Shown here in pieces: positions 1 through 15,000 of a stretch of 64,000 nucleotides of DNA. The stretch is from Auanema rhodensis. Lineage: Eukaryota; Animalia; Nematoda. The notes under the pieces are model-generated. The model had not been told where the DNA came from and ran no database searches. It saw only the letters and a list, made by a program, of their open reading frames with translations. The translations under genes and the position numbers were made by a program. The stretch covers positions 6,820,001-6,884,000 of the forward strand of contig OZ059900.1 of NCBI GenBank assembly GCA_964057225.1. Reading direction: 5' to 3'. Within the stretch, counting starts at the first letter, position 1; every line of letters starts with the position of its first letter.

Positions 1-3000
1 CTCCAACTATGAAGATAAAGATGTTTGAATTCCTGTTAGAAGCTTTGATAGTGCATTTATGCAACTATTTATTCGGCAGGAAGCAAACAATATACGGTAA
101 AAATTTAAATTTTAATCGTTTATTTTTCATTAGGACCTTACTATTCTAATTGACTGATATGGAAAATCCACAACATACCCGTTTTCGTTTCGAACAAGAA
201 AGTTCGGAAGACAACTAGCATGAAAAAAGAGATGTGGAAGTTAATTAGTACATGGAAGTTTATTATAAGAATAGTATTCCTTTTGGGAGCTCAGTTACGG
301 TAATGGCAGATAACCTCAAATGGAGATAGATCTAGACTTCTTTCGAAACTCATTTTCTATTCGTTAACAATTTTTTTAGTTATTATTTTGAAGAGTGGAG
401 TATGTTTGACGATGATGTCCTATCAATTGCCTCAGTACCCGATGCTCCCATCTCCAACTATGAAGATAAAGATGTTTGAATTCCTGTTAGAAGCTTTGAT
501 AGTGCATTTATGCAACTATTTATTCGGCAGGAAGCAAACAATATACGGTAAAAATTTAAATTTTAATCGTTTATTTTTCATTAGGACCTTACTATTCTAA
601 TTGACTGATATGGAAAATCCACAACATACCCGTTTTCGTTTCGAACAAGAAAGTTCGGAAGACAACTAGCATGAAAAAAGAGATGTGGAAGTTAATTAGT
701 ACATGGAAGTTTATTATAAGAATAGTATTCCTTTTGGGAGCTCAGTTACGGTAATGGCAGATAACCTCAAATGGAGATAGATCTAGACTTCTTTCGAAAC
801 TCATTTTCTATTCGTTAACAATTTTTTTAGTTATTATTTTGAAGAGTGGAGTATGTTTGACGATGATGTCCTATCAATTGCCTCAGTACCCGATGCTCCC
901 ATCTCCAACTATGAAGATAAAGATGTTTGAATTCCTGTTAGAAGCTTTGATAGTGCATTTATGCAACTATTTATTCGGCAGGAAGCAAACAATATACGGT
1001 AAAAATTTAAATTTTAATCGTTTATTTTTCATTAGGACCTTACTATTCTAATTGACTGATATGGAAAATCCACAACATACCCGTTTTCGTTTCGAACAAG
1101 AAAGTTCGGAAGACAACTAGCATGAAAAAAGAGATGTGGAAGTTAATTAGTACATGGAAGTTTATTATAAGAATAGTATTCCTTTTGGGAGCTCAGTTAC
1201 GGTAATGGCAGATAACCTCAAATGGAGATAGATCTAGACTTCTTTCGAAACTCATTTTCTATTCGTTAACAATTTTTTTAGTTATTATTTTGAAGAGTGG
1301 AGTATGTTTGACGATGATGTCCTATCAATTGCCTCAGTACCCGATGCTCCCATCTCCAACTATGAAGATAAAGATGTTTAAATTCCTGTTAGAAGCTTTG
1401 ATAGTGCATTTATGCAACTATTTATTCGGCAGGAAGCAAACAATATACGGTAAAAATTTAAATTTTAATCGTTTATTTTTCATTAGGACCTTACTATTCT
1501 AATTGACTGATATGGAAAATCCACAACATACCCGTTTTCGTTTCGAACAAGAAAGTTCGGAAGACAACTAGCATGAAAAAAGAGATGTGGAAGTTAATTA
1601 GTACATGGAAGTTTATTATAAGAATAGTATTCCTTTTGGGAGCTCAGTTACGGTAATGGCAGATAACCTCAAATGGAGATAGATCTAGACTTCTTTCGAA
1701 ACTCATTTTCTATTCGTTAACAATTTTTTTAGTTATTATTTTGAAGAGTGGAGTATGTTTGACGATGATGTCCTATCAATTGCCTCAGTACCCGATGCTC
1801 CCATCTCCAACTATGAAGATAAAGATGTTTAAATTCCTGTTAGAAGCTTTGATAGTGCATTTATGCAACTATTTATTCGGCAGGAAGCAAACAATATACG
1901 GTAAAAATTTAAATTTTAATCGTTTTATTTTCATTAGGACCTTACTATTCTAATTGACTGATATGGAAAATCCACAACATACCCGTTTTCGTTTCGAACA
2001 AGAAAGTTCGGAAGACAACTAGCATGAAAAAAGAGATGTGGAAGTTAATTAGTACATGGAAGTTTATTATAAGAATAGTATTCCTTTTGGGAGCTCAGTT
2101 ACGGTAATGGCAGATAACCTCAAATGGAGATAGATCTGGACTTCTTTCGAAACTCATTTTCTATTCGTTAACAATTTTTTTAGTTATTATTTTGAAGAGT
2201 GGAGTATGTTTGACGATGATGTCCTATCAATTGCCTCAGTACCCGATGCTCCCATCTCCAACTATGAAGATAAAGATGTTTAAATTCCTGTTAGAAGCTT
2301 TGATAGTGCATTTATGCAACTATTTATTCGGCAGGAAGCAAACAATATACGGTAAAAATTTAAATTTTAATCGTTTATTTTTCATTAGGACCTTACTATT
2401 CTAATTGACTGATATGGAAAATCCACAACATACCCGTTTTCGTTTCGAACAAGAAAGTTCGGAAGACAACTAGCATGAAAAAAGAGATGTGGAAGTTAAT
2501 TAGTACATGGAAGTTTATTATAAGAATAGTATTCCTTTTGGGAGCTCAGTTACGGTAATGGCAGATAACCTCAAATGGAGATAGATCTGGACTTCTTTCG
2601 AAACTCATTTTCTATTCGTTAACAATTTTTTTAGTTATTATTTTGAAGAGTGGAGTATGTTTGACGATGATGTCCTATCAATTGCCTCAGTACCCGATGC
2701 TCCCATCTCCAACTATGAAGATAAAGATGTTTAAATTCCTGTTAGAAGCTTTGATAGTGCATTTATGCAACTATTTATTCGGCAGGAAGCAAACAATATA
2801 CGGTAAAAATTTAAATTTTAATCGTTTATTTTTCATTAGGACCTTACTATTCTAATTGACTGATATGGAAAATCCACAACATACCCGTTTTCGTTTCGAA
2901 CAAGAAAGTTCGGAAGACAACTAGCATGAAAAAAGAGATGTGGAAGTTAATTAGTACATGGAAGTTTATTATAAGAATAGTATTCCTTTTGGGAGCTCAG

Positions 3001-6000
3001 TTACGGTAATGGCAGATAACCTCAAATGGAGATAGATCTGGACTTCTTTCGAAACTCATTTTCTATTCGTTAACAATTTTTTTAGTTATTATTTTGAAGA
3101 GTGGAGTATGTTTGACGATGATGTCCTATCAATTGCCTCAGTACCCGATGCTCCCATCTCCAACTATGAAGATAAAGATGTTTAAATTCCTGTTAGAAGC
3201 TTTGATAGTGCATTTATGCAACTATTTATTCGGCAGGAAGCAAACAATATACGGTAAAAATTTAAATTTTAATCGTTTATTTTTCATTAGGACCTTACTA
3301 TTCTAATTGACTGATATGGAAAATCCACAACATACCCGTTTTCGTTTCGAACAAGAAAGTTCGGAAGACAACTAGCATGAAAAAAGAGATGTGGAAGTTA
3401 ATTAGTACATGGAAGTTTATTATAAGAATAGTATTCCTTTTGGGAGCTCAGTTACGGTAATGGCAGATAACCTCAAATGGAGATAGATCTGGACTTCTTT
3501 CGAAACTCATTTTCTATTCGTTAACAATTTTTTTAGTTATTATTTTGAAGAGTGGAGTATGTTTGACGATGATGTCCTATCAATTGCCTCAGTACCCGAT
3601 GCTCCCATCTCCAACTATGAAGATAAAGATGTTTAAATTCCTGTTAGAAGCTTTGATAGTGCATTTATGCAACTATTTATTCGGCAGGAAGCAAACAATA
3701 TACGGTAAAAATTTAAATTTTAATCGTTTATTTTTCATTAGGACCTTACTATTCTAATTGACTGATATGGAAAATCCACAACATACCCGTTTTCGTTTCG
3801 AACAAGAAAGTTCGGAAGACAACTAGCATGAAAAAAGAGATGTGGAAGTTAATTAGTACATGGAAGTTTATTATAAGAATAGTATTCCTTTTGGGAGCTC
3901 AGTTACGGTAATGGCAGATAACCTCAAATGGAGATAGATCTGGACTTCTTTCGAAACTCATTTTCTATTCGTTAACAATTTTTTTAGTTATTATTTTGAA
4001 GAGTGGAGTATGTTTGACGATGATGTCCTATCAATTGCCTCAGTACCCGATGCTCCCATCTCCAACTATGAAGATAAAGATGTTTAAATTCCTGTTAGAA
4101 GCTTTGATAGTGCATTTATGCAACTATTTATTCGGCAGGAAGCAAACAATATACGGTAAAAATTTAAATTTTAATCGTTTATTTTTCATTAGGACCTTAC
4201 TATTCTAATTGACTGATATGGAAAATCCACAACATACCCGTTTTCGTTTCGAACAAGAAAGTTCGGAAGACAACTAGCATGAAAAAAGAGATGTGGAAGT
4301 TAATTAGTACATGGAAGTTTATTATAAGAATAGTATTCCTTTTGGGAGCTCAGTTACGGTAATGGCAGATAACCTCAAATGGAGATAGATCTGGACTTCT
4401 TTCGAAACTCATTTTCTATTCGTTAACAATTTTTTTAGTTATTATTTTGAAGAGTGGAGTATGTTTGACGATGATGTCCTATCAATTGCCTCAGTACCCG
4501 ATGCTCCCATCTCCAACTATGAAGATAAAGATGTTTAAATTCCTGTTAGAAGCTTTGATAGTGCATTTATGCAACTATTTATTCGGCAGGAAGCAAACAA
4601 TATACGGTAAAAATTTAAATTTTAATCGTTTATTTTTCATTAGGACCTTACTATTCTAATTGACTGATATGGAAAATCCACAACATACCCGTTTTCGTTT
4701 CGAACAAGAAAGTTCGGAAGACAACTAGCATGAAAAAAGAGATGTGGAAGTTAATTAGTACATGGAAGTTTATTATAAGAATAGTATTCCTTTTGGGAGC
4801 TCAGTTACGGTAATGGCAGATAACCTCAAATGGAGACAGATCTGGACTTCTTTCGAAACTCATTTTCTATTCGTTAACAATTTTTTTAGTTATTATTTTG
4901 AAGAGTGGAGTATGTTTGACGATGATGTCCTATCAATTGCCTCAGTACCCGATGCTCCCATCTCCAACTATGAAGATAAAGATGTTTAAATTCCTGTTAG
5001 AAGCTTTGATAGTGCATTTATGCAACTATTTATTCGGCAGGAAGCAAACAATATACGGTAAAAATTTAAATTTTAATCGTTTATTTTTCATTAGGACCTT
5101 ACTATTCTAATTGACTGATATGGAAAATCCACAACATACCCGTTTTCGTTTCGAACAAGAAAGTTCGGAAGACAACTAGCATGAAAAAAGAGATGTGGAA
5201 GTTAATTAGTACATGGAAGTTTATTATAAGAATAGTATTCCTTTTGGGAGCTCAGTTACGGTAATGGCAGATAACCTCAAATGGAGATAGATCTGGACTT
5301 CTTTCGAAACTCATTTTCTATTCGTTAACAATTTTTTTAGTTATTATTTTGAAGAGTGGAGTATGTTTGACGATGATGTCCTATCAATTGCCTCAGTACC
5401 CGATGCTCCCATCTCCAACTATGAAGATAAAGATGTTTAAATTCCTGTTAGAAGCTTTGATAGTGCATTTATGCAACTATTTATTCGGCAGGAAGCAAAC
5501 AATATACGGTAAAAATTTAAATTTTAATCGTTTATTTTTCATTAGGACCTTACTATTCTAATTGACTGATATGGAAAATCCACAACATACCCGTTTTCGT
5601 TTCGAACAAGAAAGTTCGGAAGACAACTAGCATGAAAAAAGAGATGTGGAAGTTAATTAGTACATGGAAGTTTATTATAAGAATAGTATTCCTTTTGGGA
5701 GCTCAGTTACGGTAATGGCAGATAACCTCAAATGGAGACAGATCTGGACTTCTTTCGAAACTCATTTTCTATTCGTTAACAATTTTTTTAGTTATTATTT
5801 TGAAGAGTGGAGTATGTTTGACGATGATGTCCTATCAATTGCCTCAGTACCCGATGCTCCCATCTCCAACTATGAAGATAAAGATGTTTAAATTCCTGTT
5901 AGAAGCTTTGATAGTGCATTTATGCAACTATTTATTCGGCAGGAAGCAAACAATATACGGTAAAAATTTAAATTTTAATCGTTTATTTTTCATTAGGACC

Positions 6001-9000
6001 TTACTATTCTAATTGACTGATATGGAAAATCCACAACATACCCGTTTTCGTTTCGAACAAGAAAGTTCGGAAGACAACTAGCATGAAAAAAGAGATGTGG
6101 AAGTTAATTAGTACATGGAAGTTTATTATAAGAATAGTATTCCTTTTGGGAGCTCAGTTACGGTAATGGCAGATAACCTCAAATGGAGACAGATCTGGAC
6201 TTCTTTCGAAACTCATTTTCTATTCGTTAACAATTTTTTTAGTTATTATTTTGAAGAGTGGAGTATGTTTGACGATGATGTCCTATCAATTGCCTCAGTA
6301 CCCGATGCTCCCATCTCCAACTATGAAGATAAAGATGTTTAAATTCCTGTTAGAAGCTTTGATAGTGCATTTATGCAACTATTTATTCGGCAGGAAGCAA
6401 ACAATATACGGTAAAAATTTAAATTTTAATCGTTTATTTTTCATTAGGACCTTACTATTCTAATTGACTGATATGGAAAATCCACAACATACCCGTTTTC
6501 GTTTCGAACAAGAAAGTTCGGAAGACAACTAGCATGAAAAAAGAGATGTGGAAGTTAATTAGTACATGGAAGTTTATTATAAGAATAGTATTCCTTTTGG
6601 GAGCTCAGTTACGGTAATGGCAGATAACCTCAAATGGAGACAGATCTGGACTTCTTTCGAAACTCATTTTCTATTCGTTAACAATTTTTTTAGTTATTAT
6701 TTTGAAGAGTGGAGTATGTTTGACGATGATGTCCTATCAATTGCCTCAGTACCCGATGCTCCCATCTCCAACTATGAAGATAAAGATGTTTAAATTCCTG
6801 TTAGAAGCTTTGATAGTGCATTTATGCAACTATTTATTCGGCAGGAAGCAAACAATATACGGTAAAAATTTAAATTTTAATCGTTTATTTTTCATTAGGA
6901 CCTTACTATTCTAATTGACTGATATGGAAAATCCACAACATACCCGTTTTCGTTTCGAACAAGAAAGTTCGGAAGACAACTAGCATGAAAAAAGAGATGT
7001 GGAAGTTAATTAGTACATGGAAGTTTATTATAAGAATAGTATTCCTTTTGGGAGCTCAGTTACGGTAATGGCAGATAACCTCAAATGGAGACAGATCTGG
7101 ACTTCTTTCGAAACTCATTTTCTATTCGTTAACAATTTTTTTAGTTATTATTTTGAAGAGTGGAGTATGTTTGACGATGATGTCCTATCAATTGCCTCAG
7201 TACCCGATGCTCCCATCTCCAACTATGAAGATAAAGATGTTTAAATTCCTGTTAGAAGCTTTGATAGTGCATTTATGCAACTATTTATTCGGCAGGAAGC
7301 AAACAATATACGGTAAAAATTTAAATTTTAATCGTTTATTTTTCATTAGGACCTTACTATTCTAATTGACTGATATGGAAAATCCACAACATACCCGTTT
7401 TCGTTTCGAACAAGAAAGTTCGGAAGACAACTAGCATGAAAAAAGAGATGTGGAAGTTAATTAGTACATGGAAGTTTATTATAAGAATAGTATTCCTTTT
7501 GGGAGCTCAGTTACGGTAATGGCAGATAACCTCAAATGGAGACAGATCTGGACTTCTTTCGAAACTCATTTTCTATTCGTTAACAATTTTTTTAGTTATT
7601 ATTTTGAAGAGTGGAGTATGTTTGACGATGATGTCCTATCAATTGCCTCAGTACCCGATGCTCCCATCTCCAACTATGAAGATAAAGATGTTTAAATTCC
7701 TGTTAGAAGCTTTGATAGTGCATTTATGCAACTATTTATTCGGCAGGAAGCAAACAATATACGGTAAAAATTTAAATTTTAATCGTTTATTTTTCATTAG
7801 GACCTTACTATTCTAATTGACTGATATGGAAAATCCACAACATACCCGTTTTCGTTTCGAACAAGAAAGTTCGGAAGACAACTAGCATGAAAAAAGAGAT
7901 GTGGAAGTTAATTAGTACATGGAAGTTTATTATAAGAATAGTATTCCTTTTGGGAGCTCAGTTACGGTAATGGCAGATAACCTCAAATGGAGATAGATCT
8001 GGACTTCTTTCGAAACTCATTTTCTATTCGTTAACAATTTTTTTAGTTATTATTTTGAAGAGTGGAGTATGTTTGACGATGATGTCCTATCAATTGCCTC
8101 AGTACCCGATGCTCCCATCTCCAACTATGAAGATAAAGATGTTTAAATTCCTGTTAGAAGCTTTGATAGTGCATTTATGCAACTATTTATTCGGCAGGAA
8201 GCAAACAATATACGGTAAAAATTTAAATTTTAATCGTTTATTTTTCATTAGGACCTTACTATTCTAATTGACTGATATGGAAAATCCACAACATACCCGT
8301 TTTCGTTTCGAACAAGAAAGTTCGGAAGACAACTAGCATGAAAAAAGAGATGTGGAAGTTAATTAGTACATGGAAGTTTATTATAAGAATAGTATTCCTT
8401 TTGGGAGCTCAGTTACGGTAATGGCAGATAACCTCAAATGGAGATAGATCTGGACTTCTTTCGAAACTCATTTTCTATTCGTTAACAATTTTTTTAGTTA
8501 TTATTTTGAAGAGTGGAGTATGTTTGACGATGATGTCCTATCAATTGCCTCAGTACCCGATGCTCCCATCTCCAACTATGAAGATAAAGATGTTTAAATT
8601 CCTGTTAGAAGCTTTGATAGTGCATTTATGCAACTATTTATTCGGCAGGAAGCAAACAATATACGGTAAAAATTTAAATTTTAATCGTTTATTTTTCATT
8701 AGGACCTTACTATTCTAATTGACTGATATGGAAAATCCACAACATACCCGTTTTCGTTTCGAACAAGAAAGTTCGGAAGACAACTAGCATGAAAAAAGAG
8801 ATGTGGAAGTTAATTAGTACATGGAAGTTTATTATAAGAATAGTATTCCTTTTGGGAGCTCAGTTACGGTAATGGCAGATAACCTCAAATGGAGACAGAT
8901 CTGGACTTCTTTCGAAACTCATTTTCTATTCGTTAACAATTTTTTTAGTTATTATTTTGAAGAGTGGAGTATGTTTGACGATGATGTCCTATCAATTGCC

Positions 9001-12000
9001 TCAGTACCCGATGCTCCCATCTCCAACTATGAAGATAAAGATGTTTAAATTCCTGTTAGAAGCTTTGATAGTGCATTTATGCAACTATTTATTCGGCAGG
9101 AAGCAAACAATATACGGTAAAAATTTAAATTTTAATCGTTTATTTTTCATTAGGACCTTACTATTCTAATTGACTGATATGGAAAATCCACAACATACCC
9201 GTTTTCGTTTCGAACAAGAAAGTTCGGAAGACAACTAGCATGAAAAAAGAGATGTGGAAGTTAATTAGTACATGGAAGTTTATTATAAGAATAGTATTCC
9301 TTTTGGGAGCTCAGTTACGGTAATGGCAGATAACCTCAAATGGAGATAGATCTGGACTTCTTTCGAAACTCATTTTCTATTCGTTAACAATTTTTTTAGT
9401 TATTATTTTGAAGAGTGGAGTATGTTTGACGATGATGTCCTATCAATTGCCTCAGTACCCGATGCTCCCATCTCCAACTATGAAGATAAAGATGTTTAAA
9501 TTCCTGTTAGAAGCTTTGATAGTGCATTTATGCAACTATTTATTCGGCAGGAAGCAAACAATATACGGTAAAAATTTAAATTTTAATCGTTTATTTTTCA
9601 TTAGGACCTTACTATTCTAATTGACTGATATGGAAAATCCACAACATACCCGTTTTCGTTTCGAACAAGAAAGTTCGGAAGACAACTAGCATGAAAAAAG
9701 AGATGTGGAAGTTAATTAGTACATGGAAGTTTATTATAAGAATAGTATTCCTTTTGGGAGCTCAGTTACGGTAATGGCAGATAACCTCAAATGGAGACAG
9801 ATCTGGACTTCTTTCGAAACTCATTTTCTATTCGTTAACAATTTTTTTAGTTATTATTTTGAAGAGTGGAGTATGTTTGACGATGATGTCCTATCAATTG
9901 CCTCAGTACCCGATGCTCCCATCTCCAACTATGAAGATAAAGATGTTTAAATTCCTGTTAGAAGCTTTGATAGTGCATTTATGCAACTATTTATTCGGCA
10001 GGAAGCAAACAATATACGGTAAAAATTTAAATTTTAATCGTTTATTTTTCATTAGGACCTTACTATTCTAATTGACTGATATGGAAAATCCACAACATAC
10101 CCGTTTTCGTTTCGAACAAGAAAGTTCGGAAGACAACTAGCATGAAAAAAGAGATGTGGAAGTTAATTAGTACATGGAAGTTTATTATAAGAATAGTATT
10201 CCTTTTGGGAGCTCAGTTACGGTAATGGCAGATAACCTCAAATGGAGATAGATCTGGACTTCTTTCGAAACTCATTTTCTATTCGTTAACAATTTTTTTA
10301 GTTATTATTTTGAAGAGTGGAGTATGTTTGACCATGATGTCCTATCAATTGCCTCAGTACCCGATGCTCCCATCTCCAACTATGAAGATAAAGATGTTTA
10401 AATTCCTGTTAGAAGCTTTGATAGTGCATTTATGCAACTATTTATTCGGCAGGAAGCAAACAATATACGGTAAAAATTTAAATTTTAATCGTTTATTTTT
10501 CATTAGGACCTTACTATTCTAATTGACTGATATGGAAAATCCACAACATACCCGTTTTCGTTTCGAACAAGAAAGTTCGGAAGACAACTAGCATGAAAAA
10601 AGAGATGTGGAAGTTAATTAGTACATGGAAGTTTATTATAAGAATAGTATTCCTTTTGGGAGCTCAGTTACGGTAATGGCAGATAACCTCAAATGGAGAT
10701 AGATCTGGACTTCTTTCGAAACTCATTTTCTATTCGTTAACAATTTTTTTAGTTATTATTTTGAAGAGTGGAGTATGTTTGACCATGATGTCCTATCAAT
10801 TGCCTCAGTACCCGATGCTCCCATCTCCAACTATGAAGATAAAGATGTTTAAATTCCTGTTAGAAGCTTTGATAGTGCATTTATGCAACTATTTATTCGG
10901 CAGGAAGCAAACAATATACGGTAAAAATTTAAATTTTAATCGTTTATTTTTCATTAGGACCTTACTATTCTAATTGACTGATATGGAAAATCCACAACAT
11001 ACCCGTTTTCGTTTCGAACAAGAAAGTTCGGAAGACAACTAGCATGAAAAAAGAGATGTGGAAGTTAATTAGTACATGGAAGTTTATTATAAGAATAGTA
11101 TTCCTTTTGGGAGCTCAGTTACGGTAATGGCAGATAACCTCAAATGGAGATAGATCTGGACTTCTTTCGAAACTCATTTTCTATTCGTTAACAATTTTTT
11201 TAGTTATTATTTTGAAGAGTGGAGTATGTTTGACCATGATGTCCTATCAATTGCCTCAGTACCCGATGCTCCCATCTCCAACTATGAAGATAAAGATGTT
11301 TAAATTCCTGTTAGAAGCTTTGATAGTGCATTTATGCAACTATTTATTCGGCAGGAAGCAAACAATATACGGTAAAAATTTAAATTTTAATCGTTTATTT
11401 TTCATTAGGACCTTACTATTCTAATTGACTGATATGGAAAATCCACAACATACCCGTTTTCGTTTCGAACAAGAAAGTTCGGAAGACAACTAGCATGAAA
11501 AAAGAGATGTGGAAGTTAATTAGTACATGGAAGTTTATTATAAGAATAGTATTCCTTTTGGGAGCTCAGTTACGGTAATGGCAGATAACCTCAAATGGAG
11601 ATAGATCTGGACTTCTTTCGAAACTCATTTTCTATTCGTTAACAATTTTTTTAGTTATTATTTTGAAGAGTGGAGTATGTTTGACGATGATGTCCTATCA
11701 ATTGCCTCAGTAGCCGATGCTCCCATCTCCAACTATGAAGATAAAGATGTTTAAATTCCTGTTAGAAGCTTTGATAGTGCATTTATGCAACTATTTATTC
11801 GGCAGGAAGCAAACAATATACGGTAAAAATTTAAATTTTAATCGTTTATTTTTCATTAGGACCTTACTATTCTAATTGACTGATATGGAAAATCCACAAC
11901 ATACCCGTTTTCGTTTCGAACAAGAAAGTTCGGAAGACAACTAGCATGAAAAAAGAGATGTGGAAGTTAATTAGTACATGGAAGTTTATTATAAGAATAG

Positions 12001-15000
12001 TATTCCTTTTGGGAGCTCAGTTACGGTAATGGCAGATAACCTCAAATGGAGATAGATCTGGACTTCTTTCGAAACTCATTTTCTATTCGTTAACAATTTT
12101 TTTAGTTATTATTTTGAAGAGTGGAGTATGTTTGACCATGATGTCCTATCAATTGCCTCAGTACCCGATGCTCCCATCTCCAACTATGAAGATAAAGATG
12201 TTTAAATTCCTGTTAGAAGCTTTGATAGTGCATTTATGCAACTATTTATTCGGCAGGAAGCAAACAATATACGGTAAAAATTTAAATTTTAATCGTTTAT
12301 TTTTCATTAGGACCTTACTATTCTAATTGACTGATATGGAAAATCCACAACATACCCGTTTTCGTTTCGAACAAGAAAGTTCGGAAGACAACTAGCATGA
12401 AAAAAGAGATGTGGAAGTTAATTAGTACATGGAAGTTTATTATAAGAATAGTATTCCTTTTGGGAGCTCAGTTACGGTAATGGCAGATAACCTCAAATGG
12501 AGATAGATCTGGACTTCTTTCGAAACTCATTTTCTATTCGTTAACAATTTTTTTAGTTATTATTTTGAAGAGTGGAGTATGTTTGACCATGATGTCCTAT
12601 CAATTGCCTCAGTACCCGATGCTCCCATCTCCAACTATGAAGATAAAGATGTTTAAATTCCTGTTAGAAGCTTTGATAGTGCATTTATGCAACTATTTAT
12701 TCGGCAGGAAGCAAACAATATACGGTAAAAATTTAAATTTTAATCGTTTATTTTTCATTAGGACCTTACTATTCTAATTGACTGATATGGAAAATCCACA
12801 ACATACCCGTTTTCGTTTCGAACAAGAAAGTTCGGAAGACAACTAGCATGAAAAAAGAGATGTGGAAGTTAATTAGTACATGGAAGTTTATTATAAGAAT
12901 AGTATTCCTTTTGGGAGCTCAGTTACGGTAATGGCAGATAACCTCAAATGGAGATAGATCTGGACTTCTTTCGAAACTCATTTTCTATTCGTTAACAATT
13001 TTTTTAGTTATTATTTTGAAGAGTGGAGTATGTTTGACCATGATGTCCTATCAATTGCCTCAGTACCCGATGCTCCCATCTCCAACTATGAAGATAAAGA
13101 TGTTTAAATTCCTGTTAGAAGCTTTGATAGTGCATTTATGCAACTATTTATTCGTCAGGAAGCAAACAATATACGGTAAAAATTTAAATTTTAATCGTTT
13201 ATTTTTCATTAGGACCTTACTATTCTAATTGACTGATATGGAAAATCCACAACATACCCGTTTTCGTTTCGAACAAGAAAGTTCGGAAGACAACTAGCAT
13301 GAAAAAAGAGATGTGGAAGTTAATTAGTACATGGAAGTTTATTATAAGAATAGTATTCCTTTTGGGAGCTCAGTTACGGTAATGGCAGATAACCTCAAAT
13401 GGAGATAGATCTGGACTTCTTTCGAAACTCATTTTCTATTCGTTAACAATTTTTTTAGTTATTATTTTGAAGAGTGGAGTATGTTTGACGATGATGTCCT
13501 ATCAATTGCCTCAGTACCCGATGCTCCCATCTCCAACTATGAAGATAAAGATGTTTAAATTCCTGTTAGAAGCTTTGATAGTGCATTTATGCAACTATTT
13601 ATTCGGCAGGAAGCAAACAATATACGGTAAAAATTTAAATTTTAATCGTTTATTTTTCATTAGGACCTTACTATTCTAATTGACTGATATGGAAAATCCA
13701 CAACATACCCGTTTTCGTTTCGAACAAGAAAGTTCGGAAGACAACTAGCATGAAAAAAGAGATGTGGAAGTTAATTAGTACATGGAAGTTTATTATAAGA
13801 ATAGTATTCCTTTTGGGAGCTCAGTTACGGTAATGGCAGATAACCTCAAATGGAGATAGATCTGGACTTCTTTCGAAACTCATTTTCTATTCGTTAACAA
13901 TTTTTTTAGTTATTATTTTGAAGAGTGGAGTATGTTTGACGATGATGTCCTATCAATTGCCTCAGTACCCGATGCTCCCATCTCCAACTATGAAGATAAA
14001 GATGTTTAAATTCCTGTTAGAAGCTTTGATAGTGCATTTATGCAACTATTTATTCGGCAGGAAGCAAACAATATACGGTAAAAATTTAAATTTTAATCGT
14101 TTATTTTTCATTAGGACCTTACTATGCTAATTGACTGATATGGAAAATCCACAACATACCCGTTTTCGTTTCGAACAAGAAAGTTCGGAAGACAACTAGC
14201 ATGAAAAAAGAGATGTGGAAGTTAATTAGTACATGGAAGTTTATTATAAGAATAGTATTCCTTTTGGGAGCTCAGTTACGGTAATGGCAGATAACCTCAA
14301 ATGGAGATAGATCTGGACTTCTTTCGAAACTCATTTTCTATTCGTTAACAATTTTTTTAGTTATTATTTTGAAGAGTGGAGTATGTTTGACGATGATGTC
14401 CTATCAATTGCCTCAGTACCCGATGCTCCCATCTCCAACTATGAAGATAAAGATGTTTAAATTCCTGTTAGAAGCTTTGATAGTGCATTTATGCAACTAT
14501 TTATTCGGCAGGAAGCAAACAATATACGGTAAAAATTTAAATTTTAATCGTTTATTTTTCATTAGGACCTTACTATTCTAATTGACTGATATGGAAAATC
14601 CACAACATACCCGTTTTCGTTTCGAACAAGAAAGTTCGGAAGACAACTAGCATGAAAAAAGAGATGTGGAAGTTAATTAGTACATGGAAGTTTATTATAA
14701 GAATAGTATTCCTTTTGGGAGCTCAGTTACGGTAATGGCAGATAACCTCAAATGGAGATAGATCTGGACTTCTTTCGAAACTCATTTTCTATTCGTTAAC
14801 AATTTTTTTAGTTATTATTTTGAAGAGTGGAGTATGTTTGACGATGATGTCCTATCAATTGCCTCAGTACCCGATGCTCCCATCTCCAACTATGAAGATA
14901 AAGATGTTTAAATTCCTGTTAGAAGCTTTGATAGTGCATTTATGCAACTATTTATTCGGCAGGAAGCAAACAATATACGGTAAAAATTTAAATTTTAATC